A model generated the notes under the pieces. The model had not been told where the DNA came from. It made no database searches and was given only the letters and a program-made list of their open reading frames with translations. A program made the translations under genes and the position numbers. This document shows, piece by piece, positions 49,776-63,020 of a stretch of DNA of 64,000 nt (position 1 is the first letter of the stretch; each line of letters begins with the position of its first letter). Source of the stretch: Octopus sinensis (Eukaryota); assembly GCF_006345805.1 (NCBI RefSeq), contig NC_043021.1, positions 6,448,001 to 6,512,000 of the forward strand, read 5' to 3'.

Positions 49776-49799
49776 GGATTGTCTTAATTTTTACCTCGA

Positions 49800-49841
<42 letters not shown>

Positions 49842-50037
49842 GAGGAGGAGGAGGAGGAGGCGGAGGAGGAGGAGAAGAAGGAGAAGGAGGAGCGGAGGCG
49901 GAGGCGGAGGTGGAGGAGGAAGCGGAGGAGGAAGATGAGGAGGAAGGAGAAGGGATGGGAGGAATGGGAAGAGATGGTGGAGGTCAAGTGATGATGGAGA
50001 TGGAACTGGTGCTGATAACGGCGTTGGTGGTGATAAT

Positions 50038-50105
<68 letters not shown>

Positions 50106-50283
50106 CTTTTGTTGTTTTTATCTATTTTTATCGCGATGGAAGAACAGAGAAGAAAAGAAAAAAGAAGAAAAGAAAGAAAGAAAGAAGAAGAAGAAGAAGA
50201 TATGAGAGAGATGGGATATATAATGAAAAGTGGGATATGGATATATATATATATATATATATATAGAGATAGAGAGAAGAGAG

Positions 50284-50328
<45 letters not shown>

Positions 50329-50618
50329 GGAGTCGACAGATAAAATATGAAAATAAAATAAAAAATAAACGGCAATGATACAACAAAAATCATAAGACTG
50401 GAAGGAATTTGAAGGAAGATGATTAGGAGGAAGTTTTTGGAGAGGAGGTTATTCGTAACACGAAGAACTAATTGACCCCCTCTGATTGATTTAGCTGTTT
50501 AATCAACTGAGATCCAATTTCGTTAATTAATCGAAACATATCTCTGTTTGATATTTCTAAATGAACAAAATGGCTGCCTAGTATTTGTGCTGTGCGCAGT
50601 ATATTTGACAAGATAAAG

Positions 50619-51243
50619 CGACCGTGACATCGTCCAGACCTAAGCACACATCCTAGAAATCGACCAACACATCGTACAAACCGGGAAAGATATCCTGGAA
50701 ACTGTACAAGCTGGGAAAGATATCCTGGAAACCAACAGCAACATCGTGGAAAACGACCGAGTCATCGAACTCACCGACACAGACACAGCAGATACCGAAC
50801 AACATGTAGAATCCGCCTGAGACGTCGTACAAACCGACCGAGACTAGGTCGAAACCCAACCATACATCGTAGAAACCGACCAACACATTGGAGAATCGTG
50901 AATAGACCCCGTAGAAAACCGATAGAGACATCGTAGAAAACTATTGAGACATCGCAGACGTCGACACAGACATCGTACGTACAGACACAGACATCGTAGA
51001 ATCCGCGCGAGACATCGTAGAAATCGGATGTGATGTCGTTGAAACCAAACACACTTCGAGAAAGGTAACGTGAAAACCGGCAGAGACATCGTAAAAAACG
51101 ACCGAGATGTCGTAGACAGCAACACACACATCGTACAGCGACGCAGACATCGTCGAATCCGGCCGAGACATCGTAGAAAGCGGCCGACATCGTTGAAACT
51201 GATACAAACATCTCAAAAATCTACCAAGACATCGTACAAAACG
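50619..51243. repeat. Degenerate CpG-rich 21-bp minisatellite (about 30 units)
   Basis: Consensus about gacatcgtagaaaccgaccga. Confidence 0.85.
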
Positions 51244-51664
51244 GAAACTTTTTTTGATCTGTGATTTGAAGGTAAATATACAAACCTCAGCGATGCTGAG
51301 TTGTTCCGAAGTCTTTTTTAATCGATCCTTTAAACACTCGATTTCAGCAGAGTTGAGCTTCATCATTTGTTATTTAAAAAAATTTTTATTTTTTATTTGT
51401 TTCAGTCATTGGACTGCGGCCATGCTAGGGCATCGCCTTAAAGAGTTTAGCCGAATAAATCGACCCTAGTACTTATTCATTTATTGAAGTTTTGTACTTA
51501 CTTTATCGAGCTCTTCTGCCGAACTGCTGACTGACTGAAACATAAACAAACCAACACCAGTTATCAAGCTGTGTGGTGATATACACGAACACAAAAACGC
51601 ACACACATATACATATAAATATGGTGTATGTGTGTGTATAATAATTATATATATGTATGTATAT

Positions 51665-51707
<43 letters not shown>

Positions 51708-51725
51708 ATATATGATATATATATT

Positions 51726-51771
<46 letters not shown>

Positions 51772-52300
51772 GTATGTATATATATATGTATATATATGTA
51801 TATATATATAATATATATACATACATATATACATATAAACATACAAATATACATATGTGTATACATGTTTCATCCACCGCTTGACAACTGGTCTTGGTGT
51901 GTTTACGTTCCCGAAACCGAGTGGTTCGGCAAAAGTAACCGATAGAATAAGTACTAGGCTTAAAAAAAAGAAGTCCTTGGGTCGATTTGTTCGACAATAA
52001 AAAAAACTCCATCATTAATAGTTAAAAACTTTTATTGAAAAGGGAATAAAACAATAGCGGTGAACTGATGACATGCAAAGACTTCGACAATCTGTCTTGC
52101 AATCGATTACATGACTGAGTGTAGGAAGGTGTTCAGTGCCGATATAACTTTTACTGATGGATTAAGACTGAGAGTGAAGAGAGAAGGCTGGCATGGTTTG
52201 TGTGCTACGTGCTTGACTACAGAGAGGTGTTTACCACTATAAATTAAACCAAGAGCTACAGGACAACTTGCTCTCCTAGCATTGTAACACATATAGTCCA

Positions 52301-52722
52301 ACTCTTTTTACACTTTACTCTTTTACTTGTTTCAGTCATTTGACTGCGGCCATGCTGGAGCACCGCCTTTAGTCGAGCAAATCGACCCCGGGACTTATTC
52401 TTTGTAAGCCCAGTACTTATTCTATCGGTCTGTTTTGCCGAACCGCTAAGTGACGGGGACATAAACACACCAGCATCGGTTGTCAAGCAATGCTAGCGGG
52501 ACAAACACAGACACACAAACATATACACACACACTTATACATATATATATACATATATACGACAGGCTTCTTTCAGTTTCCGTCTACCAAATCCACTCAC
52601 AAGGCATCGGTCGGCCCGGGCTATAGCAGAAGACACTTACCCAAGATGCCACGCAGTGGGACTGAACCCGGAACCATGTGGCTGGTTAGCAAGCTACTTA
52701 CCACACAGCCACTCCTGCGCCT
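52301..52722 (-). mobile_element. SINE family A, full length
   Basis: Reverse complement of the consensus. Confidence 0.93.
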
Positions 52723-52784
52723 ATTGTAGAAATCTTCGAAATTCTTATCTTCTCTCGATTTCCTGTTATAAAGACTACTTCACA

Positions 52785-52955
52785 GCCCCCGGCAAACAAA
52801 CTGGAAAAGGTGTTGCCCTGGAGGGTGGCAAGAGAGATGCACTGCTACAGGGGCTCGTATTTCTGGACATCCATCTCCGCCTCCGTAGCGGTGAACAGGG
52901 ACAAGGTCCGGGGGCCGAGAATGCTGGAGGTCTCCACTGCGACAGGCATAAGTCC
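52785..52955 (-). pseudogene. CRE-like retrotransposon RLE C-terminal remnant
   Basis: GLMPVAVETSSILGPRTLSLF...EPL*QCISLATLQGNTFSSL resembles F.P.AVET.G..GP.A..FL...FL.QRIS.A.Q.GNA.S.L. Confidence 0.6.
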
Positions 52956-53178
52956 TTATCATCCCGTAGATCCAGTCATGCGTGTATGTATGGGTTGTGT
53001 ATTGTAGCAGATGCTGAGGCGAAAAAAGCCATATGGCTAAGCATCCAGTACAGAAAACTGAAATGAGAGAGAGAGAGGGGGGGAGCGAGATGGAGAGAGA
53101 GTGAGAGAGAGAGAATGAGAGAAAGTGAGAGAGAGATGGGGAGAGAGGGAGAGAGGGAGTGAAAGAGTGTAGAGAGAG

Positions 53179-53230
<52 letters not shown>

Positions 53231-53722
53231 CAGAGAGACAGAGAGAGAAGGTGTGTGAGGGAAAGAGATGGAGATAGGGAGGGAAAGAGAGTGAGAGAAA
53301 GAGAGTGAGAGAAAGGGAGTAAGGGTGTGAAGAGAATGAGACAGAGTGAGACAGAATAAGAAAGAGTAAGAGAGAGATAGGAAGAGAAAGTGAGAGAGAT
53401 TGAGATAGAGAGAAAGAGAGTGAAAGACAGTGAGAAAGTGAGCGAGACTGAACCAGGATATCAAAAATAACAGTGAGAAGTGGCCGACATGGAAACTCGA
53501 CCTCTCTCACAGTAGCACACTCCATACGTTTGTGAGATTAGGAAGAGACGGGACCCGGCGGAGTTTTTTGAAAAAGCGTAAAACGGTGCAAAAAGAAAAA
53601 AAATATTAAAAAGGCAACTAAAATGTGCGAGAACGGCACATGTCCCGGGATGAAGTGACACCCAACCGGTGAGAAGGAATCATTCCTATCCCCTGCAGGA
53701 AATCGAACTCCTGTAAATAAGG

Positions 53723-54097
53723 CCCGAAATTTTGGGGGAGGGGGCCAGTCGATCATATCGACCCTAGTACGCAACTGGTACTTAATTTATCGACTCCGAA
53801 AGGATGAAAGACAAAGCTGACCTCAACGGAATTTGAACTCAGAACGTAACGGCAGACGAAATACCTATTTCTTTACGGTAGTAAAGGCGCTAAACACAGA
53901 GAGGACAAACAAAGACAGACAAACGGATTAAGTCGATTATATCGACCCCAGTGCGTAACTGGTACTTATTTAATCGACCCCGAAAGGATGAAAGGCAAAG
54001 TCGACCTCGGCGGAATTTGAACTCAGAACGTAGCGGCAGACGAAATACGGCTACGCATTTCGCCCGGCGTGCTAACGTTTCTGTCAGCTCGCTGCCC
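53723..54097 (-). mobile_element. SINE B dimer
   Basis: Two bodies joined at gtaaagaaatag|gtatttcgtc, single head near 54097. Confidence 0.88.
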
Positions 54098-54871
54098 TTG
54101 CAAGGAACGATATATAAGATAACGTAGTCTGCATTAAAAGAAGGGATGATCACGACTGGGACGGCGTTTATCATAGTTTTACTCTATCAAATATGATTAG
54201 GAAATCGAAATAAAAGTTAGGGAAATTTCCTGCTTTCAAAAAACAAAGTGTAAAACACAACAGTACGAATTAAACACGTTTTTTTCCAGCTTCTTGTTCA
54301 GGCAATTCAGATGTGGCCTACATGCGCGCACACACACATAGTAACACACACAAACACACACAAACACACACACACCCGCACGCACGCACACACACAATTA
54401 TATCTTATGTATGTAATGTATCCTTGTTACTGGGTGTGTGTAAACCCTTCTTCTATACATACATACGAACACACAAACATATAAACATACATACACATGC
54501 ATACATACACACACACATACATACATACATACATACATACATACATACATACATACACGCACAAACATACATATATACCCACATATAAACACACATACGT
54601 ACAAAAATAGTTACATACATACATACATAAATACACACACACACACATAATGCATACATACATACATATACACGCATAAACATACATACATATCCACATA
54701 TAAACACACATACCTACAAAAATAGTTACATACATACATACATAAATACACACACACACATACATAATACATACATACATATACACGCATAAACATACAT
54801 ACATACATACATATCCACATATAAACACACATACGTACAAACATAGATACATACATACATACATACATACA

Positions 54872-54905
<34 letters not shown>

Positions 54906-54908
54906 CAT

Positions 54909-55341
54909 ACATTCCCATCAAAACATCTGTCAAGTGTAAGCATAAGAGACCGGATAATACTGTTTGGGACAGATAAGAGAAAAATATGTACTGTCATAAG
55001 AGTTCAGCTGTCCTGCTGATGAGAACGTCTCTTTGAAAATCAAGGAGAATGAAGATGACTATGCACAACTGCTCCGAAACCTCCAACTTCCATATCAGGT
55101 TTAGAAATTTATATTTGTACTAATAATAATTGGAGCTCTTGGTTTTGTAAGTAAATGCCTAACTGTCATTCCAGATAAGCTTGGATTTTCAGAAAAACAA
55201 ACCAACCGACTTGCACATTGCAAATACAATCAGTAAGCGGAACAGTAAAACTATGCAAGACTTTTCTCAAGTTTAAAAACTGACATTGTTTTTCGTTACC
55301 TACATTCCAATGATGGGGTGTTATATCTTTGAGAGAAACCA
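54909..55341 (+). mobile_element. RLE retrotransposon family 2, second 5'-truncated copy
   Basis: IPIKTSVKCKHKRPD...WD...EFSCPADENVSLK...IGALGFVSKCL...DKLGFSEK; homologous to 9239-9695; between (TACA)n and (TA)n. Confidence 0.75.
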
Positions 55342-55365
55342 ATATATATATATATATATATATAT

Positions 55366-55530
55366 AGACAACGGGCTTCTTTCAGTTTCCGTCTACCACA
55401 TCCACTCATAAGACTTTGGTCGACTCGATGCTATAACAGAAGACACTTGCCCAAGGTGCCACCCAGTGGAACTGAACCCAGAACCATGTGGTTGGGAGGC
55501 AAGCTTCTTACTATATAGCCACACCTGCAC
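55366..55530 (-). mobile_element. SINE family A, 5' half
   Basis: Consensus match. Confidence 0.85.
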
Positions 55531-55580
55531 CATTGGTGGAGGTTTTCTTTATTTTTATTTTATCATTATTATTATTATTA

Positions 55581-55634
<54 letters not shown>

Positions 55635-56639
55635 TTTGTAATTTCTAGCAAATCATATGACTCCGTAGGAAGTCGCCTCGTTGGTTTTCTTAGAATTACC
55701 GTCAGATTTCTTTTGTTTTGGCGTATAATAATAAAGAATTTATTCTTCAGAGAAACAAAACAAACCAATGTTTGAAACATCGGATCGTTACTGTTGGCTG
55801 AAGAAGCTTATGCTAAAAGAGAGAAAGTGAGAAAGTAATTTAATGTTATTTGCTTTAACTTAACATTATTAACATTCTTTATTGTTAACTAATGTTATTT
55901 ACTAGTATGTAGTGTTGTTTACCATTATCTAACGCTCTTTGATGTAATTTAACGTTTTGTGTTATTTCACGTTATTTAACGTTATTCTAAAGAGAGAAAA
56001 AAGAATACTTAAAACGGAACTTATTCGCTTCTGCTCTTTCTTTCAGAGGAAAAATAAAAGAAAAGAAAATGGAGCTTATTTTCTTGCAAAAAGAAAAGGA
56101 GGTGTTACAATGTTATTTTAATACTAAAATTTAACGTTACTTTATTTGATTTTAATTTAATTTAAATGCTAAAATTTAACACCGTTTCATGTTTTGAGAA
56201 TTTTACGTTATTTCGCGTTATTTAATGTTTCGAAAAATGTTGAAAAATAATTCGGTTCTTTTCAAGAAAGGTAAAAATAATATATTTATTATTGAAGAAT
56301 AAACAACAGGAAGAATACCGAAGCAATTTCGAAAGAAGTGTTTTGAGTAAATTGCTAATAGATAACACGAATCGGATTTAATTTCGTTAAAAGTGCTGCG
56401 GAATTTCAGACTCCACCATTTTAGAGATCTGTCCAAAGGCTCTTTTTTTTTTTGTTTTTTTTTTAAATTTCTTTCCTTTTAACAACATTATTCTGTTGTG
56501 AAACAGCAAGAATATTAATTGATTAAAGGTTGAAATTACTGCTGCTGTCTTTTATTCTGAAGAACTATTATTTTCCGCCTTTTTCACTAGACTAAATCGA
56601 ATGCGAGGAACACACACACTCACACAATGACGCTGTTAG

Positions 56640-56818
56640 TGATTATTATTATTATTATTATTATTATTATTTATTATTATTATTATTATTATATTATTAT
56701 CATCATCATCATCATCATTATTATATATTATTATTATTATTATTATTATATTATTATATTATTATTATTATTATCATTATTATTATTATCATCATCATCA
56801 TCATTATCATTATTATTA

Positions 56819-56858
<40 letters not shown>

Positions 56859-56941
56859 CATCATTATTATTGTTATTATTATAATTATTATCATTATTAT
56901 TATCATCATCATCATTATTATTATTATTATTATCATTATCA

Positions 56942-56981
<40 letters not shown>

Positions 56982-57013
56982 CATCATTATTATTATCATC
57001 ATTATTATTATCA

Positions 57014-57047
<34 letters not shown>

Positions 57048-57178
57048 CATCATTATTATTATCATTATTATTATTATTATTATTATCATCATCATTATTA
57101 TTGTTATTATTATAATTATTATCATTATTATTATCATCATCATCATTATTATTATTATTATTATTATTATCATTATCA

Positions 57179-57266
<88 letters not shown>

Positions 57267-57321
57267 CATCATTATTATTGTTATTATTATTACCATCATT
57301 ATTATTATCATCATTATTATT

Positions 57322-57356
<35 letters not shown>

Positions 57357-57401
57357 TATTTATTATTATTATTATTATTATTTTATTATTATTATTATTA
57401 T
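56640..57401. repeat. About 760-bp (ATT)/(ATC)n microsatellite
   Basis: Direct reading. Confidence 0.95.
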
Positions 57402-58542
57402 AGTTGAAAGAGACTAAAAACAAACTTTATTACGAAAATATTCAGTAATGAATACCACTCAGTATTAATGAGTACTGCAACCACCACCACCACCACCACC
57501 ACCATCACCATTATCACCACTACCCCTACCCCTACCACCACCACCACCACCATCACTACTACTACTACTACCACCACCATCAATAATAGTCAGCACTGCC
57601 ATCGCTTCCTTCCTCCTGTGCTATTCTTGAAACGACATGGAAAAATGATGGAAACGGGTTCTGTTTTAAGCATAGAAGACTGGAATTTCTGATGTCAAGA
57701 AATAAATTTAATTAACTCAGATGTCGCCGATAAGATCTGGAATTTATCTCAGATGATTCTTTTATCTTAAGACAGAGTATTTAAAGTTCGTTCTAATTAT
57801 GGTAGATCATACTCGTTCTTCTTTCCTTCTCCGCTTCCTCTTTCTCTACCTCTCTTTTTCTTCTGCTTTTCTCTCTTTCTCGATTAATCTTTTCCTTTTT
57901 TTTTTACTCTTCCCATCTTGATTGTCTTTCATCCGTTTTCTTATTTCTCTCTTTCTCTCTCTCTCTCCTTTCGTTTCCCATCTTCCGACATTGTATCTCA
58001 TGGAACTTGTTCTTTTTCTAATTTTAATTTAAACACAACAATACAGCAGAAATTAGTTGATCACTGAAGTTGTTCTAACAAAGAGGATTTTATTTTATGA
58101 CATTGTTCATTCTCTAAAACACAACACAACACACATTTCACACAGTAAAATCGCATTTGACACGCTAGACATCACATTCCACGCAATAGAATCATATTTG
58201 ACACTATAAAACATGCATTTTCCGCAGTAGAACTTCAAACAGTGCTATGCACATTTCACGCAGCGCCACATACAGTGGTCATATTTTAGCAATGAAATCT
58301 GAACTTGATACGAAAAAAACATACATTTCACACAGTGGATATTCGATACTTCATTTGATGAAACACATTTCATACGGCGGAACAGAAATTACCCACAGGG
58401 AAGCATATATTACAAAGTATAAAGCTTATTTCACATATGGTCACAGGATGTAACCTACATTTCACACAATGGATATTGCTCATTTCCATCATTAAGGGTA
58501 GCATCTATATTACACAGTATATATCCAACATGTATATATCCA

Positions 58543-58872
58543 GGCGCGTGGCTCAGTGGTTAGAGTGTCGAGCTTACGATCGTGAGGTTGTGAGCTCGAA
58601 TCCCGGACCGGGCTGCGTGTTGTGTTCTTGAGCAAGACACTTTATTTCACGTCGCTCCAGTTCACTCAGCTGTAGAAATGAGTTGCGACGTCACAGGTGC
58701 CAAGCTGTATCGACCTTTGCCTTTCCCTTGGATAACATCGGTGACGTGGAGAGGGGAGGCCAGTATGCATGGGCGACTGCTGGTCTTCCATAAACAACCT
58801 TGCACAGACTTGTGCCTTGGAGGGGAATTTTCTAGGTGCAAACCCATGGTCAGTGTCTGACAGAAGGGGTCA
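58543..58872 (+). mobile_element. SINE family C2, full length
   Basis: A-box TGGCTCAGTGG, B-box-like GAGCTCGAATCCC, body as 33623-33952. Confidence 0.9.
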
Positions 58873-58939
58873 CCATCACCATATCCAACATTATATACAC
58901 AAACATGCAGGAAGTAAATAGACACCTTTAATTTTCAAA

Positions 58940-59242
58940 ATCTTTTATTTGATATTAATTGGCTGAAGGAGACGTTTCCTTCTAGCTGCTCGTCCATAAT
59001 ACCCAAGCTTATGCAGATATGTAACACACGTTCTTGGACTAATTTCTAGCTGTTTTGCAATGTCAGAAGCCTTCGAACGGGGTTCGTTTTCCACAATTCT
59101 CTTCAAACAGTGAAGCTTCCTTTCTGAGGGCCCAGCTCGGCCGGGACGAGAATCTGTTGATTCTTTTCCTTGGCTTTTGAATTGCACTATAATTCTATTA
59201 ACAGTAGCAAGAGGAATTTGAAGAATTTCGGCAATTTTTCAC
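58940..59242 (-). pseudogene. Tc1-like transposase N-terminal (HTH) remnant
   Basis: KIAEILQIPLATVNRIIVQFKSQGKE...RPGRAGPSERKLHCLKRIVENEPRSKASDIAKQLEISPRT...LHKLGYYGRAARRK.LL..NIK. Confidence 0.85.
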
Positions 59243-59332
59243 CTACGGGCATATGGCGTAGTGGTTAAGAGCGCGGGTTACTAACACCAAGATTTCGAGT
59301 TCGATTCCAGGCTGTGACTTGAATAATAATAA

Positions 59333-59391
<59 letters not shown>

Positions 59392-59566
59392 CAACAACAA
59401 CAACAACAGCAACAACATAGAAAAATACCTTGGGAATGAGAACCCAGGTTCGAAATTTCCCCAAGATACCTGATGAAGGCTGGAGGGTATATCAGCCGAA
59501 ACGTTGTATTAACAACAAACAAGATGAGGACAAATATCCGTCAATAGTAAATAATGTAAATAATGA
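59243..59566 (+). mobile_element. Element E: tRNA-derived head + (TAA)n(CAA)n + hammerhead-bearing 3' module
   Basis: A-box TGGCGTAGTGG 59254-59264, B-box GAGTTCGATTCC 59297-59308, no T4 run before the HHR at 59465. Confidence 0.7.
59465..59510 (+). ncRNA. Minimal type I hammerhead ribozyme
   Basis: Stem I GAUAC/GUAUU, core CUGAUGA, extra A, stem II GGCUG/CAGCC, GAA, palindromic ACGU, GUU triplet. Confidence 0.7.
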
Positions 59567-59838
59567 AATAAATACCAGTTAAAGAGTAGGTACAATGTAC
59601 CTCTCTAAGGTGCTGATTCAATAAGTGGTTGTTTACCTAAAGTGCTGAAGTAGATCTCCTTTGTGGAAAAAAAAAGGCTATCTGCAATAATCCAGCGTCT
59701 TTTTCAAGGGAGAGTTGTCTATTTTTCACTTAAGCACTTGAGATCAGTATCACCAAATCATATAGGCTATCGTAGTACTGGTTGTACTTCTACGATACAC
59801 AAAACATTTTAATAATTTTTAAATACATTTCTTAATCT

Positions 59839-60143
59839 GGAGTGGCTGTGTGGTAAGTAGCTTGCTAACCAACCACATGGTTCCGGGTTCAGTCCCACTG
59901 CGTGGCACCTTCAGCAAGTGTCTTCTGCTATAGCCCCGGGCCGACCAATGCCTTGAGAGTGGATTTGGTAGACGGAAACTGAAAGAAGCCTGTCGTATAT
60001 ATGTATATATATAGATATATATGTATGTGTGTGTGTTTGTGTGTTTGTGTTTGTCCCCCTAGCATTGCTTGACAACCGATGCTGGTGTGTTTACGTCCCC
60101 GTCACTTAGCGGTTCGGCAAAAGAGACCGATAGAATAAGTACT
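59839..60143 (+). mobile_element. SINE family A, 3'-truncated
   Basis: Consensus match to gatagaataagtact. Confidence 0.9.
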
Positions 60144-60699
60144 CCCCCCCTCTCTCTCTCTCTTTCTCCAGCTATGTCGTCCCCACTCAGTCGTTCACAC
60201 ACTTATTCCTTATTCATATAGTTCTCTTTCCTTCCACACTCTTGTCTTTATTCCCACATCCTTTCTCTCTCTCTCTCTCTCTCTCTTTCCCTTTCGGTCT
60301 GTCTGTTTGTCTCTCTTTCTTTGTCTCTCTTTCTTTCTTTCTCTGTCTCTCATTCTCTCTTTCCTCTGCCTCCTCCTCCTTTCCCTTCCTATTGCTTATC
60401 TCTTATTTTTCCGCCTCATACTCACTCCTTTTTCTCTCACCCTCTGTCCTCTCTTCAATACCGCCACACTGCTATTATCTCTCCCCCTCTTTCTCTCTCC
60501 CTCCCCTCTCTTTCTTTTTCGCTCTCCCTCTCTCTATTCACGATGACATTTCTCTCCTCCGCCCTCTCCTCTGTCTCTATGTTCAAACTAGGATTCTCTC
60601 CCTTTCTCTCCGCACTGTCATTCATTCACTCCATTCCTTCCCATCACCAAACCCTACGACCTCCTCTCTCCCATTCGTTCTCCCTCACATTTCTCCCTG

Positions 60700-61410
60700 T
60701 CACCACTTCCACCAGCAACACCACCACAACCACCACCACCACCACCACAACCACCACAACCCCCCACCACCAGAACCACCACCACCACCACCACAACCAC
60801 CACCACCACCACCACCACAACCACCACAACCACCACCACCACCACCACAACCACCACAACCACCACCACAACCACCACAGCCACCACCACAACACCACCA
60901 CAACCACCACCACCACCACAACCACCACCACCACCACCACCACCACCACCACCACCACCACCAACCACCACCACCACCCCAACACCACCACCACCACCAA
61001 CCACACAACCCCCCAAAACCACCACCACCACCAACCACCACCAAAACCACCACACCACCACCACCACCACAACCACCACCACAACCACCACCACCACCAC
61101 CACAACCACCACCACCACCACCATAACCACCACCACCATAACCACCACCACCACCACAACAACCAATGCCGCCGCCGCCACCACCACCACCACCACCACC
61201 ACCACAACCACCACCACCGCCACCACAACCACCACAACCACCACCACAACCACCACAACCACCACCACAACCACCACAACCACCACCACCACCACAACCA
61301 CCACTACCACCACCACCACCACCACCACCACAACAACAAACACCAACACCACCACCACCACAACCACCACAACCACCACCACCACAACCACCACAACCAC
61401 CACCACCACG
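60700..61410. repeat. About 700-bp (CCA)/(CAA)n microsatellite
   Basis: Direct reading. Confidence 0.95.
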
Positions 61411-61878
61411 AAAACCACTGCCTGTACCACTACGTGATAACGTTTCCCTACATAATCACACACAAATGTTTTTCTACCTTTCTGCCTTTCTGCCTTTCTG
61501 CCTTTCTGCTTTACACGTTCTGCCATTCCACATGTTATAAGCAATTTTTTGGAGCCATGCAATGCAGTTTTTCTATGTTGTTCCTGTATTCACGTTTCGT
61601 TTCGTTTTGTTTTCTTTCGTTTCGTTTTTGTTTTTTCCCCTCTCCCCTCGTTTACTTTTTGTTTTCTCTCATTTTATCCATTGCAGTTTGTTGGTTTCGG
61701 GCCTGACAACTGTGAATTATCTTATCTTCTGAAGCTTTCCACTTGTCTGCTGCCAATCATTCATTAACTTGCAGCCATTGCGTCGTTCCCTTCCATGAAC
61801 ACACAGAGTCACACACACAAACACAAACACACGCACGCATGCACACACACACACATACACGCACGCACGCACACACGC

Positions 61879-61934
<56 letters not shown>

Positions 61935-62044
61935 ACACACACACAGACACACACAGACAGACAGACACACACACAACACACAAAACCCCAAAATCTTTAT
62001 CTGAATCTAGTTTAGTGTGTAATCACTCTCTCCCACATTCTCCC

Positions 62045-62061
62045 ATGTATATATATATATG

Positions 62062-62097
<36 letters not shown>

Positions 62098-62660
62098 TGT
62101 ATGTATGTATGTATGTATGTATGTATATATGTATGTGTGTGTGTGTATGTATGTATGTATGTATGTATGTATGTATGTATGTATATATGTATGTATGTAT
62201 GTATGTATGTGTGTGTATGTATGTATGTATGTGTGTGTATGTATGTATGTATGTATGTATGTATGTATATATGTATGTGTGTGTGTGTATGTATGTATGT
62301 ATGTATGTATGTGTGTATGTATATATGTATGTATGTATGTATGTGTGTGTATGTATGTATGTATGTATGTGTGTGTATGTATGTATGTATGTATGTATGT
62401 ATGTATATATGTATGTGTGTGTGTATGTATGTATGTATGTATGTATGTATACATGCATGTATGTATGTATGTATGTATGTATGGATGGATGGATGGATGG
62501 ATGGATGGATGGAAGGAGGGAAGGAGGGAGGGAGGGATGTATGCATATGTCTGTGTGTGTGTATATGTATACATGCATACATATGTATATATGTCCGTGT
62601 ATGTATGTGACGCAAGTATTGTGCGTGCGTGTGCGTGTGTGTATGTGTGTGTGTGTGTGC
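62045..62660. repeat. (TATG)n/(TG)n microsatellite
   Basis: Direct reading. Confidence 0.95.
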
Positions 62661-62886
62661 GCTACTTTGTGGCAATATTATACACACAGTTATAAATTAT
62701 TTTGTTCATATGTCTCGTTGACATTTATATGTCTACCTGTCTAAGTATTTTTTTCTCGCCTCCATTCCGGATACTTACCCGTCAAATCTGTCTCTCGTTC
62801 GTCTGTGTCTGCTTCTCGGTCAGTCTGTCTGTCTGTCTGTCTGTCTGTTGGCCTTCTGTTCTCTCTTACCGTGGAGAGATCACACA

Positions 62887-62928
<42 letters not shown>

Positions 62929-62988
62929 CACACACACACATGCGCACGCACATGTATGTGTGTGCTTGTCTTTGTATCTCTCTCTCTT

Positions 62989-63020
<32 letters not shown>

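Noticed and set aside
58543-58615. tRNA genes at SINE heads (also 21765-21837, 59246-59315)
   Set aside because: A/B boxes present but acceptor stems do not close and the sequence runs into SINE bodies
61660-61740. ggcccgaaacc on the minus strand as a possible fifth hammerhead
   Set aside because: No CUGANGA core or matching stem II upstream
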